A stretch of DNA of 52,487 nucleotides, taken from assembly GCA_034670305.1 (NCBI GenBank), contig JAXMNT010000052.1, positions 1-52,487 of the forward strand, in the 5' to 3' direction. Below are positions 1 through 8,764 of this stretch, one piece after another. A model generated the notes under the pieces. The model saw only the letters and a program-made list of their open reading frames with translations. It had not been told where the DNA came from and made no database searches. The position numbers and the translations under genes are program-made. Each line of letters opens with the position of its first letter. Positions within the stretch are counted from its first letter, which is position 1. This DNA comes from Deltaproteobacteria bacterium (GTDB taxonomy: Bacteria > Myxococcota_A > Polyangia > Polyangiales > Houyiibacteriaceae).

Positions 1-632
1 GCGCCCCGAGGATGCCAAGAGCCGGCACCTGGTTACTCCGGGTCGGATGGAGAAAGCGCGGGAGGATCCCCATCGACGACGTCCCCGGCCCTCGACGCTG
101 ACCACGCTTCAAGCGCAGCCACTTCTCGACCACGCCGAGCCCAGTCCTGGCGCTGCGCCTCAGCACAGAGCCGGGCAACGAACGGCGCCGCTTCGAACAC
201 GGCAGTTCAAAGCGGTGCAGCAGCATGCTGCATTGGCCAAGAAGCACCCTCGCCCCGCCGCGCGCCCGGTCGGCCGGCTGGAACACCTTCGCGCCGGAAC
301 CCCGCCTCCCTATTGGCTACACCAAGAGGTGGAGGCCACTGGGCCCCCACACGTGACGCTGCCCATCGATGCATCTGCATGGCTACACCGAGTCTCCTCC
401 TCCTTCCGGCCCGCGACAGGTGACGCTTGGGCCACTGCATGGGCTCGTCGGCGGGGGCGGCGCGGGCTGTGATCGAGACCTTGGAGGCCGGCCCGCCACA
501 CGTGACGCGGCCCATCGATTGACCGATGGCAACACGCGACGTTGCCGATGGGACGCCCCACGGACCGCTGCCTGGCCGGACCGACCCCGGCGTTGCGCCG
601 AGCAACGCCGGCGAAGCTCAGCGCCTCCCTCT

Positions 633-2915
633 CTAGTTCAGGTAGCCGAGTTCGCGCAGCTGTTGCTGCAGCTCGTCGTCCATCTCGGCATCGCCACCGG
701 TCAGGCGCGTGCCAGCACGCTGTTCGGCCGCGAGCCAGTTGGAGCGGTCGCTCGCGCCCAGGAACTGCCCCTGCATGACGCGGAGGTAGCGGCCGGCGAT
801 GGGATGGTCGGCCACGCTGAGCTGGTTGAGCTCGCCGGGATCCGATTCGAGATCGAAGATGCTGTGCGTGAGGTTGCCGCGGACGAAGAACTTCCAGCGG
901 CCAGCGGTGACGACGCGACGCTCGTCCAGGAACTCACTCATCGCGAGCTCCGGGCCCACACGCGGGTGACCGTAGAGGAGCGGCACCAAGCTGCGCGCCG
1001 CGACGTTCGGCATGCCGTCGATGCCGGCGAGTTCGAGCACCGTCGGACCGAGGTCCATCGTGCTGACCGTTGTCGAGACGCGGCGCGCCGAGACGCCCGG
1101 CGCCCGCACGAGGAGCGGCACGTGGAGCAGCTCCTGGTAGATCGAGTGGCCGTGGCCCCACGAGCCGTGCTCGTGGAATTCTTCGCCGTGGTCCGAGACG
1201 AACACGAACACGGTGTTGTCCCAGATGCCGGCGTCCTTGAGACGCTGGATGAAGGTGCCCATGTGCCGGTCGTGCTGGGTGATCTCGCCATCGTGCAGCG
1301 CTTCGAGGCGGCGCACGTCGCTCGGCGAGAAGGTCACGGTGGGCGGGTTCTTCTTCGCATCCGCGAGCAGGTTGCCCGTCATGCGGTTGCGCACCTGTCC
1401 GTCGTAGTTCGGGCGGCTGTCGTACATCGAGACGAACTCGTCCTCGGGGTCGTACGGCACGTGCGGATCGATGGTGTGCACGTAGAGGAAGAACCGTTCG
1501 TCTTTGTGTTCGATCGCCCAGTCGGCGGCTTCGCCGAAGACGTTCTCGGCCTCGTTCGAGACGTTCTCTCGAATGTAGTTCCGGTAGCGGTCCCATCCCT
1601 GGTCGAACCCGAACCGGTCCGAGATGTAGCCGTTGGCGATGAACCCGCCGGTCGCGAACCCGTTCGAGTCGAAGTGTTCGCTGATCATCAGCGCGTCCTC
1701 GCTCAGCACGTGGGCCTGGGTGCGCGCGCCGTGGTCGATCGGATGAAGGCCGGTCAAAATCGCGCCGACGGCAGGCTTGGTCCAGTTCTCCGTGGACTGG
1801 CCGCGCTCGAAGACGACGCTCTCCGAGGCGAGCTGCTCGAGCACCGGCGTCTGCACGCGGCTGCGCGGGTTCCAGGTCTTGAGTTTGCTCGCGCGCAACG
1901 TGTCGACCAGCACGACGACGACGTTGCGGGCTTGTTCGATTTCGACTTCGGGCGAAGGCGCGCGTGCGATGCGGGGCGTGGCCCACGCGACGCGACCGGC
2001 GCCGCCTTCGGCTTCGAGCCGCACCTGGACGATCTTGCCCGCGTACGCGCTCAGGTCGACGCGCTGGTCCGCCCAGCTGCCGGTCAGGGTGTGCTCCAGC
2101 ACCGAAGTCGCGCTGCCGCCTTCGGGCGTGATGAACACCTTCGCCGTACCGCCGGCCGCACCTTCTTGGCCGACGCCGAACGCGAGCACGCCACCGGCCG
2201 GGACCTCGACGTACCAGCGGAACGCATGGGGCGCCGCGTAGCTGATGGCCTGCCGCTCCGCGCCACCGAGGGAGACGGTGGAGACGGTCGTGCCGTAGCT
2301 CGGCGCTTCGTAGTCGGCGCTGGGTGCGCCGGGGGTGATGCGGGCGCTCGCCACCTGGACGCTGACGTCTTCGCCGCCGATGCTCGTGACCCCACCGAAG
2401 GTGAGCAAGAGGTAGTTCTCCCCCCGCACGACCTGGTTGGCGGGCAGCACGAAGTCGACGTCCTGCCATTCTTCACCCTCGAAGAACACGGCTTGGATCT
2501 GCTCGTTGTTGATGTAGGGCGTCAGCGCGCGTGTGCCTTTGGGGCGCAACCGAACCCGCACCGTGCGCTCGCCCGGCTCGTCCACGTGGAAGTAGATGCG
2601 GCCGCGGCGGCCGGCGTTGGCGAAGGTCACGTCGCCGTCGGCGCCGCGCGATCCCCAGCCGCTCTCCCAGTCACCGACGGTGTACTTGGCCTGCGCCGGG
2701 GTGCCGAAGTCGATGAACAGACCGTGGTGGTCCACATCGGCCATGTGGGCGGTGGCGAGCAAGTCGAACTCGGTGACGAGTCCATCGGACCCTCCACCCG
2801 GGGTGTCTTGTGTGATCTCGACGTTTTCTTCGTCGTCGTCACATGCCACCACGAGCACGACGCTCGAAATCGCCGTCATCACCGCGCACGCCTGCCATAC
2901 CGATCGTCGGTTCAC
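633..2915 (-). CDS. Sulfatase-like hydrolase lipoprotein (alkaline phosphatase superfamily) with large N-terminal extension
   Basis: NVVVVLVDTLRA, NWTKPAVGAILTG, HTIDPHVPY and SDHGEEFHEHG motifs; lipobox LVVAC; GTG start at 2915 preceded by GGAGG. The ORF-track extension to 3665 is read-through of the repeat array. Confidence 0.85.
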   Translation of the reverse strand: MNRRSVWQACAVMTAISSVVLVVACDDDEENVEITQDTPGGGSDGLVTEFDLLATAHMADVDHHGLFIDFGTPAQAKYTVGDWESGWGSRGADGDVTFANAGRRGRIYFHVDEPGERTVRVRLRPKGTRALTPYINNEQIQAVFFEGEEWQDVDFVLPANQVVRGENYLLLTFGGVTSIGGEDVSVQVASARITPGAPSADYEAPSYGTTVSTVSLGGAERQAISYAAPHAFRWYVEVPAGGVLAFGVGQEGAAGGTAKVFITPEGGSATSVLEHTLTGSWADQRVDLSAYAGKIVQVRLEAEGGAGRVAWATPRIARAPSPEVEIEQARNVVVVLVDTLRASKLKTWNPRSRVQTPVLEQLASESVVFERGQSTENWTKPAVGAILTGLHPIDHGARTQAHVLSEDALMISEHFDSNGFATGGFIANGYISDRFGFDQGWDRYRNYIRENVSNEAENVFGEAADWAIEHKDERFFLYVHTIDPHVPYDPEDEFVSMYDSRPNYDGQVRNRMTGNLLADAKKNPPTVTFSPSDVRRLEALHDGEITQHDRHMGTFIQRLKDAGIWDNTVFVFVSDHGEEFHEHGSWGHGHSIYQELLHVPLLVRAPGVSARRVSTTVSTMDLGPTVLELAGIDGMPNVAARSLVPLLYGHPRVGPELAMSEFLDERRVVTAGRWKFFVRGNLTHSIFDLESDPGELNQLSVADHPIAGRYLRVMQGQFLGASDRSNWLAAEQRAGTRLTGGDAEMDDELQQQLRELGYLN

Positions 2916-3020
2916 TTCGCCCTCCAACAATGTTTCGCTGCGAACACACCCTTCGCCCAGGTGTGTTCCCCCCTCGGCTAGCACGGCCGGATCAACGGGG
3001 CCAAGAAACCGACAGGATCC

Positions 3021-3497
3021 GCCGGGAGCGGAAGCGGGAGCGGGAGCGGGAGCGGGAGCGGGAGCGGTAGCGGGAGCGGGAGCGGAAGCGGTAGCGGGAG
3101 CGGGAGCGGAAGCGGTCGCGGTAGCGGTAGCGGGAGCGGAAGCGGATTCGCTGGCAAGCCTATGGTCGCGGGCACGGGCACGGGCACGGGAACCGCATTC
3201 GGATTCGGATTCGGATTCGGATTCGGCATCGGCTTCGGCTTCGGCTTCGGCTTCGGCTTCGGCTTCGGGATCGGATTCGGCTTCGGGATCGGCTTCGGCT
3301 TCGGATTCGGCTTCGGGATCGGCTTCGGCTTCGGATTCGGCTTCGGCTTCGGATTCGGCTTCGGACACCGAGGGCAAGGGCAGGGGCAAGGGCAAGGGCA
3401 AGGAGAACGCATCCTCTCCTTCGGATTCGGATTCGGATTCGGCGTCGCCTTCGGGATCGGCTTCGTCGGATCGGACGGGCACGGGCACGGGCACGGC
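3021..3497. repeat. Intergenic hexamer array A: (GCGGGA/GCGGTA/GCGGAA)n, (GGGCAC)3, (TTCGGN)n, (GGGCAA)n, (TTCGGN)n, (GGGCAC)3
   Basis: Directly visible 6-nt periodic blocks between the divergent sulfatase and dctP genes. Confidence 0.95.
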
Positions 3498-3556
3498 CTT
3501 CCTCGTCGACCTGGCCACCTTCGGCCCTGGCTGCGCCCCGGTGCTACCCTGCCGAC

Positions 3557-4546
3557 GTGCGACGGCTCTTTCCCCTCTTGCTCGTGCTCTGCTCACCGAT
3601 GGTGGCGGCGCCAGCGCCCACCGGTGCCCAGTCCGCCATCGAGCTGCGCATCGCCACCGTCGCACCCGATGGCACCCCCTGGATGCAGGGGTTCCGTGCG
3701 ATGGATCGCGAACTGCGCGACCGGACGAACGGCCAGCTCGGACTCCGGCTCTACCCGGGCGGCAGCCAGGGCCAGGAACGCGACTACATCGACAAGATGG
3801 CGACCGGTCAGCTGGACGGCGCGGCCCTGACCGCCACCGGGCTCTCGCAGATCGTGCGCCCAGTGCTCGTGCTGGGACTGCCGGGCATCTTCAACGAGTA
3901 CGCGCCGCTCGACCGGGCCCGTCGGAGAATGGACGGACGGTTCCGCCAGCTCTTCGACCGCCAGGGCTACACGCTCATCGGCTGGGGGGACGCGGGCAAG
4001 GGCCGCCTGTTCTCGACCCGGCGCATCGAACGTCCTTCGGATCTTCGCGCGGCCCGGCCGTGGGCGCCCCGTTCGGACGCGATCTTCAGCGAGTTCCTCG
4101 CCGTCGTGGGCGCGACCCCGCGCCGCCTCGGCATTCCCGAAGTCCTGCCCGCGCTCCAGACCCGCTCCGTCGACACCGTGCCCGCTTCGGCGCTCGCGGT
4201 CGTCGCGCTGCAGTGGCACCAGAGCCTCCGGTTCTACTCGCGCGACAGCTCGGGGATCCTCGTCGGGGCGACCATCCTCCGCAAAGAGAAACACGACGCG
4301 CTCTCCGAAACGCATCGCACGATTCTGCGCGAGGTGTCCGAGCGTGGACACCGACTCGCGGCCCGCGCCATCCGCCGGGAAGACACCCGCGCGCTGCGGG
4401 CCATCGAACGCCGCATGACCGCGGTCGACACCACGAACCACGAGCGCGAGTGGTTGGACGCCGCGCTCCAGACCCGCGACCGACTCATCGGCAGGATCTT
4501 CCCCCGCGCCCTCTACGAAGCCGTCCGCCGCGCCGCGGCCGATTAG
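3557..4546 (+). CDS. dctP: TRAP transporter substrate-binding protein (DctP/TatP-like)
   Basis: Signal peptide followed by IATVAPDGTPW; LYPGGSQG.E and IGWGDAG motifs; 329 aa. Confidence 0.85.
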   Translation: MRRLFPLLLVLCSPMVAAPAPTGAQSAIELRIATVAPDGTPWMQGFRAMDRELRDRTNGQLGLRLYPGGSQGQERDYIDKMATGQLDGAALTATGLSQIVRPVLVLGLPGIFNEYAPLDRARRRMDGRFRQLFDRQGYTLIGWGDAGKGRLFSTRRIERPSDLRAARPWAPRSDAIFSEFLAVVGATPRRLGIPEVLPALQTRSVDTVPASALAVVALQWHQSLRFYSRDSSGILVGATILRKEKHDALSETHRTILREVSERGHRLAARAIRREDTRALRAIERRMTAVDTTNHEREWLDAALQTRDRLIGRIFPRALYEAVRRAAAD

Positions 4547-5034
4547 ACCGCGAGCATCGCTTTGGTGAGGTTGAGCGGTGAGCCGAACGACCAGACCTTC
4601 TCGCGGGTGACGATGTGGATCGACACTTCTCCCTGCGAGCCCTCGGTCCGGATGACGAGCGACGAGAACGACTTGGGGTCGGAGGGGTCGTACGCATCGT
4701 CGGCCCCGATCGCGACGCCGTCTTCGAAGAGGGCCGCGGCTTCCGGCGGGAACTCCGCGGTGTCCACGCCTTCGATCACGGCCCAGGAATCGAATGGCAC
4801 GCCGGTGCCGAGCGACGCGTCCTGGCTCAGGAAGATCACATCGTAGGGCGCCTCGACGTGGTCGCTCATGCCGAGGTGTTCGACGCACTCGAAGAAACAC
4901 GCCCACTGCTCGGCGGTCTCCTCCAGCGCATCGGCGTAGGCCTCGAGCACGTCTTCGATGTCGTCCCAGCTGGGGGTGGCGTGCAGGCGCTTGGCGAGTT
5001 TTTGGAAGGCGGTACGGATCCGGGTAGCGAACAT
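4543..5034 (-). CDS. Hypothetical acidic protein (~163 aa)
   Basis: Coding-like composition from MFATRIR; GGGGAG upstream; 4-nt convergent overlap with the dctP stop. Confidence 0.6.
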   Translation of the reverse strand: MFATRIRTAFQKLAKRLHATPSWDDIEDVLEAYADALEETAEQWACFFECVEHLGMSDHVEAPYDVIFLSQDASLGTGVPFDSWAVIEGVDTAEFPPEAAALFEDGVAIGADDAYDPSDPKSFSSLVIRTEGSQGEVSIHIVTREKVWSFGSPLNLTKAMLAV

Positions 5035-5282
5035 CCGCGGATGCTCCCCTGCGCTTCCCCTGCGCGCAATGCACCAGTCCGGATTGTCCGGAAGAACTCC
5101 GATTACTGGGTCAGAACGCAGGTGAACCGGCTCGACCCCGAGGAGCGCCGTCCAAAGGCTCCGCGATCCGGCCCCGCAACGCGACCGGCCACGTGCCTGG
5201 ACCGGCTCGGAACGGGCGCGGATCCAACCGGCCCGGCGCCAAGAAACTCGACGATCGGGGTTCGCGGCGCGATAACCCATGC

Positions 5283-7190
5283 ATGCCCCTCTTGCCCCAC
5301 GACGATGTTCCGGGACTCGAGCCCCTCCCCGGGCGCTACCTCCGCGCCGCCCGCCTGACGGTGTCGAAAGGAGCGGTGCGGCTTCATGCGATCGCGTGGG
5401 AAGGCGCGGCCGAGCGGGTCCTCACGTTCGACCTCGACGCCGAGGGCACACCTCGGTTCGCGCAGGCCGGCACGGCAGCGCCGGCGGTGGTTGCGCTCGA
5501 CGAACAGGGCCGAGCCACCAGCGAACAGGCCGAATCCGAAGCCCGCGTGGAAGGTGCGTGCGTCCGGGTCTCTCACGAGGCGGGGGTGGCCTCGGTCACC
5601 CTCCACCCGGCCGGCGCCCCACCGGTGCTGGTCTGGCGCGCCCGGGGCTGCGCCGCCGCACCGGCGATCGCCGCGGGCAAGACCGCGCAAGGCGAGGGCC
5701 ACTGGGTGGCGTGGCACCACGACGTGCGCGAAGACACCCTCGACCCCGACATCGCGAAGTGGATCGCCCTCCGGTTCGTGGCCGGAGGCCAGGTGTTCGA
5801 GGTCTCGGACCCGATGCGCGACCGCGATCGCGACCGCCACGGGGAAGAACAGTCGTTCGAGTTCCCCGCGGTGGTGGTCTCCGAGAGCGGCGCGGTGGCG
5901 ATCTTCGGTCGCGGCTCGCACGACTTCTGGCGCCAGGACGTCGGTGACGCCGGTTGGACCGAGCGGCGTTCGCTCAGCGGAGGCGGCTGGGGATCACGCG
6001 GCCGGCGCTGCACCGCGGCGCGTCTTGGCGACGCCGTGGTCTTTGCCAGACGGGAGAAGAAGGGCATCGAGATCGCCGTCGAACCGGTGGCCACCGGTGG
6101 CCCCCCCGACCTGACCGCCTGCGAGGCGGACCTCACCTCTCGACAAACGTTCCAGACGCCCCGGCTCGATCGGCGCCGGGATCCGGCCGCCGCGTTCGGT
6201 CGCGCGACCTTCTTCGGCGACATCCAGCAACACTCCGCGCACAGCGACGGGGTGGGCACCGCAGAGGAAGCCCACCTGCGGGCACGGCATCGATACGGAG
6301 ACGACTTCGTCGCGCTGACCGACCACGAGTCCTTTCTCGGCAAGCGAACCGGCCCCGGCGAGTGGGAGTACCTGCAGCGGGTCGCCGACGCGCACGACGA
6401 ACCGGGCGCATTCACAGCGCTGCTCGCCTACGAGTGGACCGGCAAACGGTACCCTGGTCCCGGACACAAGTGCGTGTACCTGCCGGAGCGCGGCACCGCG
6501 CTCGTCTCCCGGGACGACGTGCCGGAGGGCAAAGACCTCGTACAGAAGATCGCAGCGCTCGGTGGTGTCGCGTCTCCGCACCACATCGGCTGGACTGGAT
6601 GCGACGAAGCGGGACACGACCCGGCGGGCCAGCCGGTCTGGGAGATCTGTTCGTGCCACGGGTGCTACGAACATCCGGATCATCCGCTGGGCATGCGGGG
6701 CGAACACACCGACCAGCTCGCGAGCGCGATGCTCGAGAAGGGGCACCGGTTCGGCTTCACCGCGAGCAGCGACAGCCACGGCCTGCTCTGGCACCACGGC
6801 GAGAGCCGAAAGCGCGATCCCTACCGGACGGGATTGACCGCGGTGCAGGTCACCGAGCTGAACCGAGAGACCGTCTTGAACGCGCTCAAGACCCGCCGGT
6901 GTTACGCCACGAGCGGGGTGAAGATCCTGCTCGACATGCAGGTCGATGGCTGCCCGATGGGCAGTGAGCTCGCCGCCCGCGAGACCATCGAGGTGACCGG
7001 CCGGGTGGTCGGGGCGAGCGCCTTGGAACGCCTCGACCTCGTCACCGAAGCGGGCGTCGTCTTCAGCCAGGCGGTCGACGGCGACGAGGCTTCGCTCGCG
7101 CACGCGCTGCCGGCACCGCGCTACGTCTACCTGAGGGCCGTTCAGACGGACGGCGAGATGGCCTGGGCGAGCCCTGTGTTCATCGGCTGA
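5283..7190 (+). CDS. PHP-domain metallohydrolase (CehA/McbA / DUF3604-like)
   Basis: FFGDIQQHSAHSDG, DFVALTDH, AYEWT, GFTASSDSH and C-terminal AWASPVF motifs. Confidence 0.8.
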   Translation: MPLLPHDDVPGLEPLPGRYLRAARLTVSKGAVRLHAIAWEGAAERVLTFDLDAEGTPRFAQAGTAAPAVVALDEQGRATSEQAESEARVEGACVRVSHEAGVASVTLHPAGAPPVLVWRARGCAAAPAIAAGKTAQGEGHWVAWHHDVREDTLDPDIAKWIALRFVAGGQVFEVSDPMRDRDRDRHGEEQSFEFPAVVVSESGAVAIFGRGSHDFWRQDVGDAGWTERRSLSGGGWGSRGRRCTAARLGDAVVFARREKKGIEIAVEPVATGGPPDLTACEADLTSRQTFQTPRLDRRRDPAAAFGRATFFGDIQQHSAHSDGVGTAEEAHLRARHRYGDDFVALTDHESFLGKRTGPGEWEYLQRVADAHDEPGAFTALLAYEWTGKRYPGPGHKCVYLPERGTALVSRDDVPEGKDLVQKIAALGGVASPHHIGWTGCDEAGHDPAGQPVWEICSCHGCYEHPDHPLGMRGEHTDQLASAMLEKGHRFGFTASSDSHGLLWHHGESRKRDPYRTGLTAVQVTELNRETVLNALKTRRCYATSGVKILLDMQVDGCPMGSELAARETIEVTGRVVGASALERLDLVTEAGVVFSQAVDGDEASLAHALPAPRYVYLRAVQTDGEMAWASPVFIG

Positions 7191-7343
7191 CCCTCCGCGC
7201 CGCCGAACCTGTGCGTTTGTCCGGAGAATCTCAAAGCGCAAACCCGCACGATCGTTGGGAGTTTTCGGTCAACCGTTGACGCTTTCTCCGCCCTGTGGCA
7301 TCCCATCGCGCTCCCGAGCGCAGCCCGGGACGAGGAGCAGGAC

Positions 7344-7811
7344 ATGGCGACGAAGAAGACCGCGACCAAGAAGACGACGAAGTCGAAGGCCAAGGCCAAG
7401 CCCGAGGCGGCGCCCGAATTCGAGCCGCAGGCGCACCCGGACGCGAAGCTGTCCAAGAAACAGGTCCAGCAGCTCTACCAGAAACTTCTCTCGGAGCGCG
7501 CCCGCGTGATGCAGGGCCTCGGGGAACACCTCTCGGACGCGATCTCGAACGTGGATCCCCTGTCCGATGAGATGGACGTCGCGCAGCGGCACACCGAGCA
7601 GGCCTACCTGATGCGGTTCGCCGACAAGGAACGAAAGCTCCTCGTCCAGATCCAGAACGCGCTCGAGAAACTCGAAGAGGGAGAGTACGGCGTGTGCGAA
7701 GGCACCGGCGAGCCGATCGCCCTCAAGCGTCTCGAGCTCCGCCCGTGGACCCGCTACTCGGTCGAGTACAAAGAGCAGGTCGAGCGGGAGCGCAAACAGC
7801 ACCACCGCTGA
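7344..7811 (+). CDS. dksA: DksA/TraR family transcription factor
   Basis: DEMDVA coiled-coil tip; ALEKLEEGEYGVCEGTGEPIALKRLELRPWTRYS; AGGAG RBS. Confidence 0.9.
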   Translation: MATKKTATKKTTKSKAKAKPEAAPEFEPQAHPDAKLSKKQVQQLYQKLLSERARVMQGLGEHLSDAISNVDPLSDEMDVAQRHTEQAYLMRFADKERKLLVQIQNALEKLEEGEYGVCEGTGEPIALKRLELRPWTRYSVEYKEQVERERKQHHR

Positions 7812-7831
7812 GACTCGGCTGGGAACGAAGC

Positions 7832-7866
7832 AGAAGCCGACGCCCTCGAGTGGGACGTCGGCTTCT
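7832..7866 (+). terminator. Stem-loop after dksA (probable terminator, possibly bidirectional)
   Basis: AGAAGCCGACG (7832-7842) is a perfect inverted repeat of CGTCGGCTTCT (7856-7866), with an inner CCC/GGG pair, between convergent genes. Confidence 0.55.
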
Positions 7867-7914
7867 TCGATTCTGGCTTCCTGAGGTTCCCGCTCTGGGC
7901 AGCGCTGGGCGTGC

Positions 7915-8622
7915 TCAGCGGGTGGTGGTCACCGTGACGGTGCGGCTTCGTGGAGCCGGAGCGTTGGCCATCACGGTCGCAGAACGCGTCCGGCGGGCCG
8001 GCTGGGCGCGGACACGACGCCGCGGGGTCGTCACCACGACGGAGGGACGGCTCGGCTGCACGACCACGACCGGGGGCGGTGGCGCTTGCACCTGAACCCA
8101 CTGCGCTTGCACGAGCACGTAGCTCCCATCCGGCTGAAGCACCCAGCGGGCAGGCTGGTGCTGGTACCCGGACCGCTGCACCACCCACTGTCCCGGCTGC
8201 CAGACGTAGGCGTCGTTCTGCCAAGTGTACGAGCCTTCCACCCAGACGTGGTTGGCGGCAGGGGCACGAGGGCGGCGGATGCGCGGCGGAGCGGGAGGCG
8301 CCTGACGCGGTGCCCGTACGACGACTCGAGGGGCCGGGCGCTCGACCGATGCCTGCCGATGGCGCCGAGCCGGGCGGGACGTCTCGACCGTGCGGGTCTG
8401 CATGGTCTGCACCCGACGGGTCTGTCGGGTGGTCTCGACGGTGGTCGTCGTGCGGCCTGGGCGGGCTCGGGTGGTCCGGGTGGTCGTCCGGGTGGTGGTC
8501 ATCTGGGAGCGGGCCGGGCGGTTGGCTTCCACGGTGACGCTCGCGCGCTGTCCGTCGGCGGTGGAAGGGGCCATCGCTGGCATGGCGATGGCTGCAGCGA
8601 TCAACACGGAGAAGCGGTGCAT
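7915..8622 (-). CDS. Secreted YXWGXW/WXXGXW-repeat protein
   Basis: Signal peptide; HVWVEGSYTW, YVWQPGQW, QPARW repeats; Thr/Arg/Pro-rich flanks. Confidence 0.75.
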   Translation of the reverse strand: MHRFSVLIAAAIAMPAMAPSTADGQRASVTVEANRPARSQMTTTRTTTRTTRARPGRTTTTVETTRQTRRVQTMQTRTVETSRPARRHRQASVERPAPRVVVRAPRQAPPAPPRIRRPRAPAANHVWVEGSYTWQNDAYVWQPGQWVVQRSGYQHQPARWVLQPDGSYVLVQAQWVQVQAPPPPVVVVQPSRPSVVVTTPRRRVRAQPARRTRSATVMANAPAPRSRTVTVTTTR

Positions 8623-8764
8623 GGGGGATCCGATCCTATGAGCCGTGGAAGAGAGGACGCGGCTGGCTCGGAGCGCGCTCAGCCCCAGTGTGCGTCCGGT
8701 CGCCCCAGGTGTCGCTGCCTCCTTACAAACCTTATCCGTCCCGACCCCGTGCTATGACCGGTCC

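Noticed and set aside
1-632. ORFs 47..472, 207..605 and 310..561
   Set aside because: No recognisable motifs and shadow-like Arg/Pro/Ala composition; no gene can be supported here
3021-3497. Arrays as CRISPR
   Set aside because: No 23-47-bp repeats with unique spacers and no cas genes
2916-3665. N-terminal EA/SA/PK/GF dipeptide-repeat extensions and ORFs (633..3665, 2978..3412, 3162..3830, and equivalents at 21.3, 24.7 and 34.7 kb)
   Set aside because: Stop-free translation of non-coding hexamer arrays; the real starts lie outside the arrays
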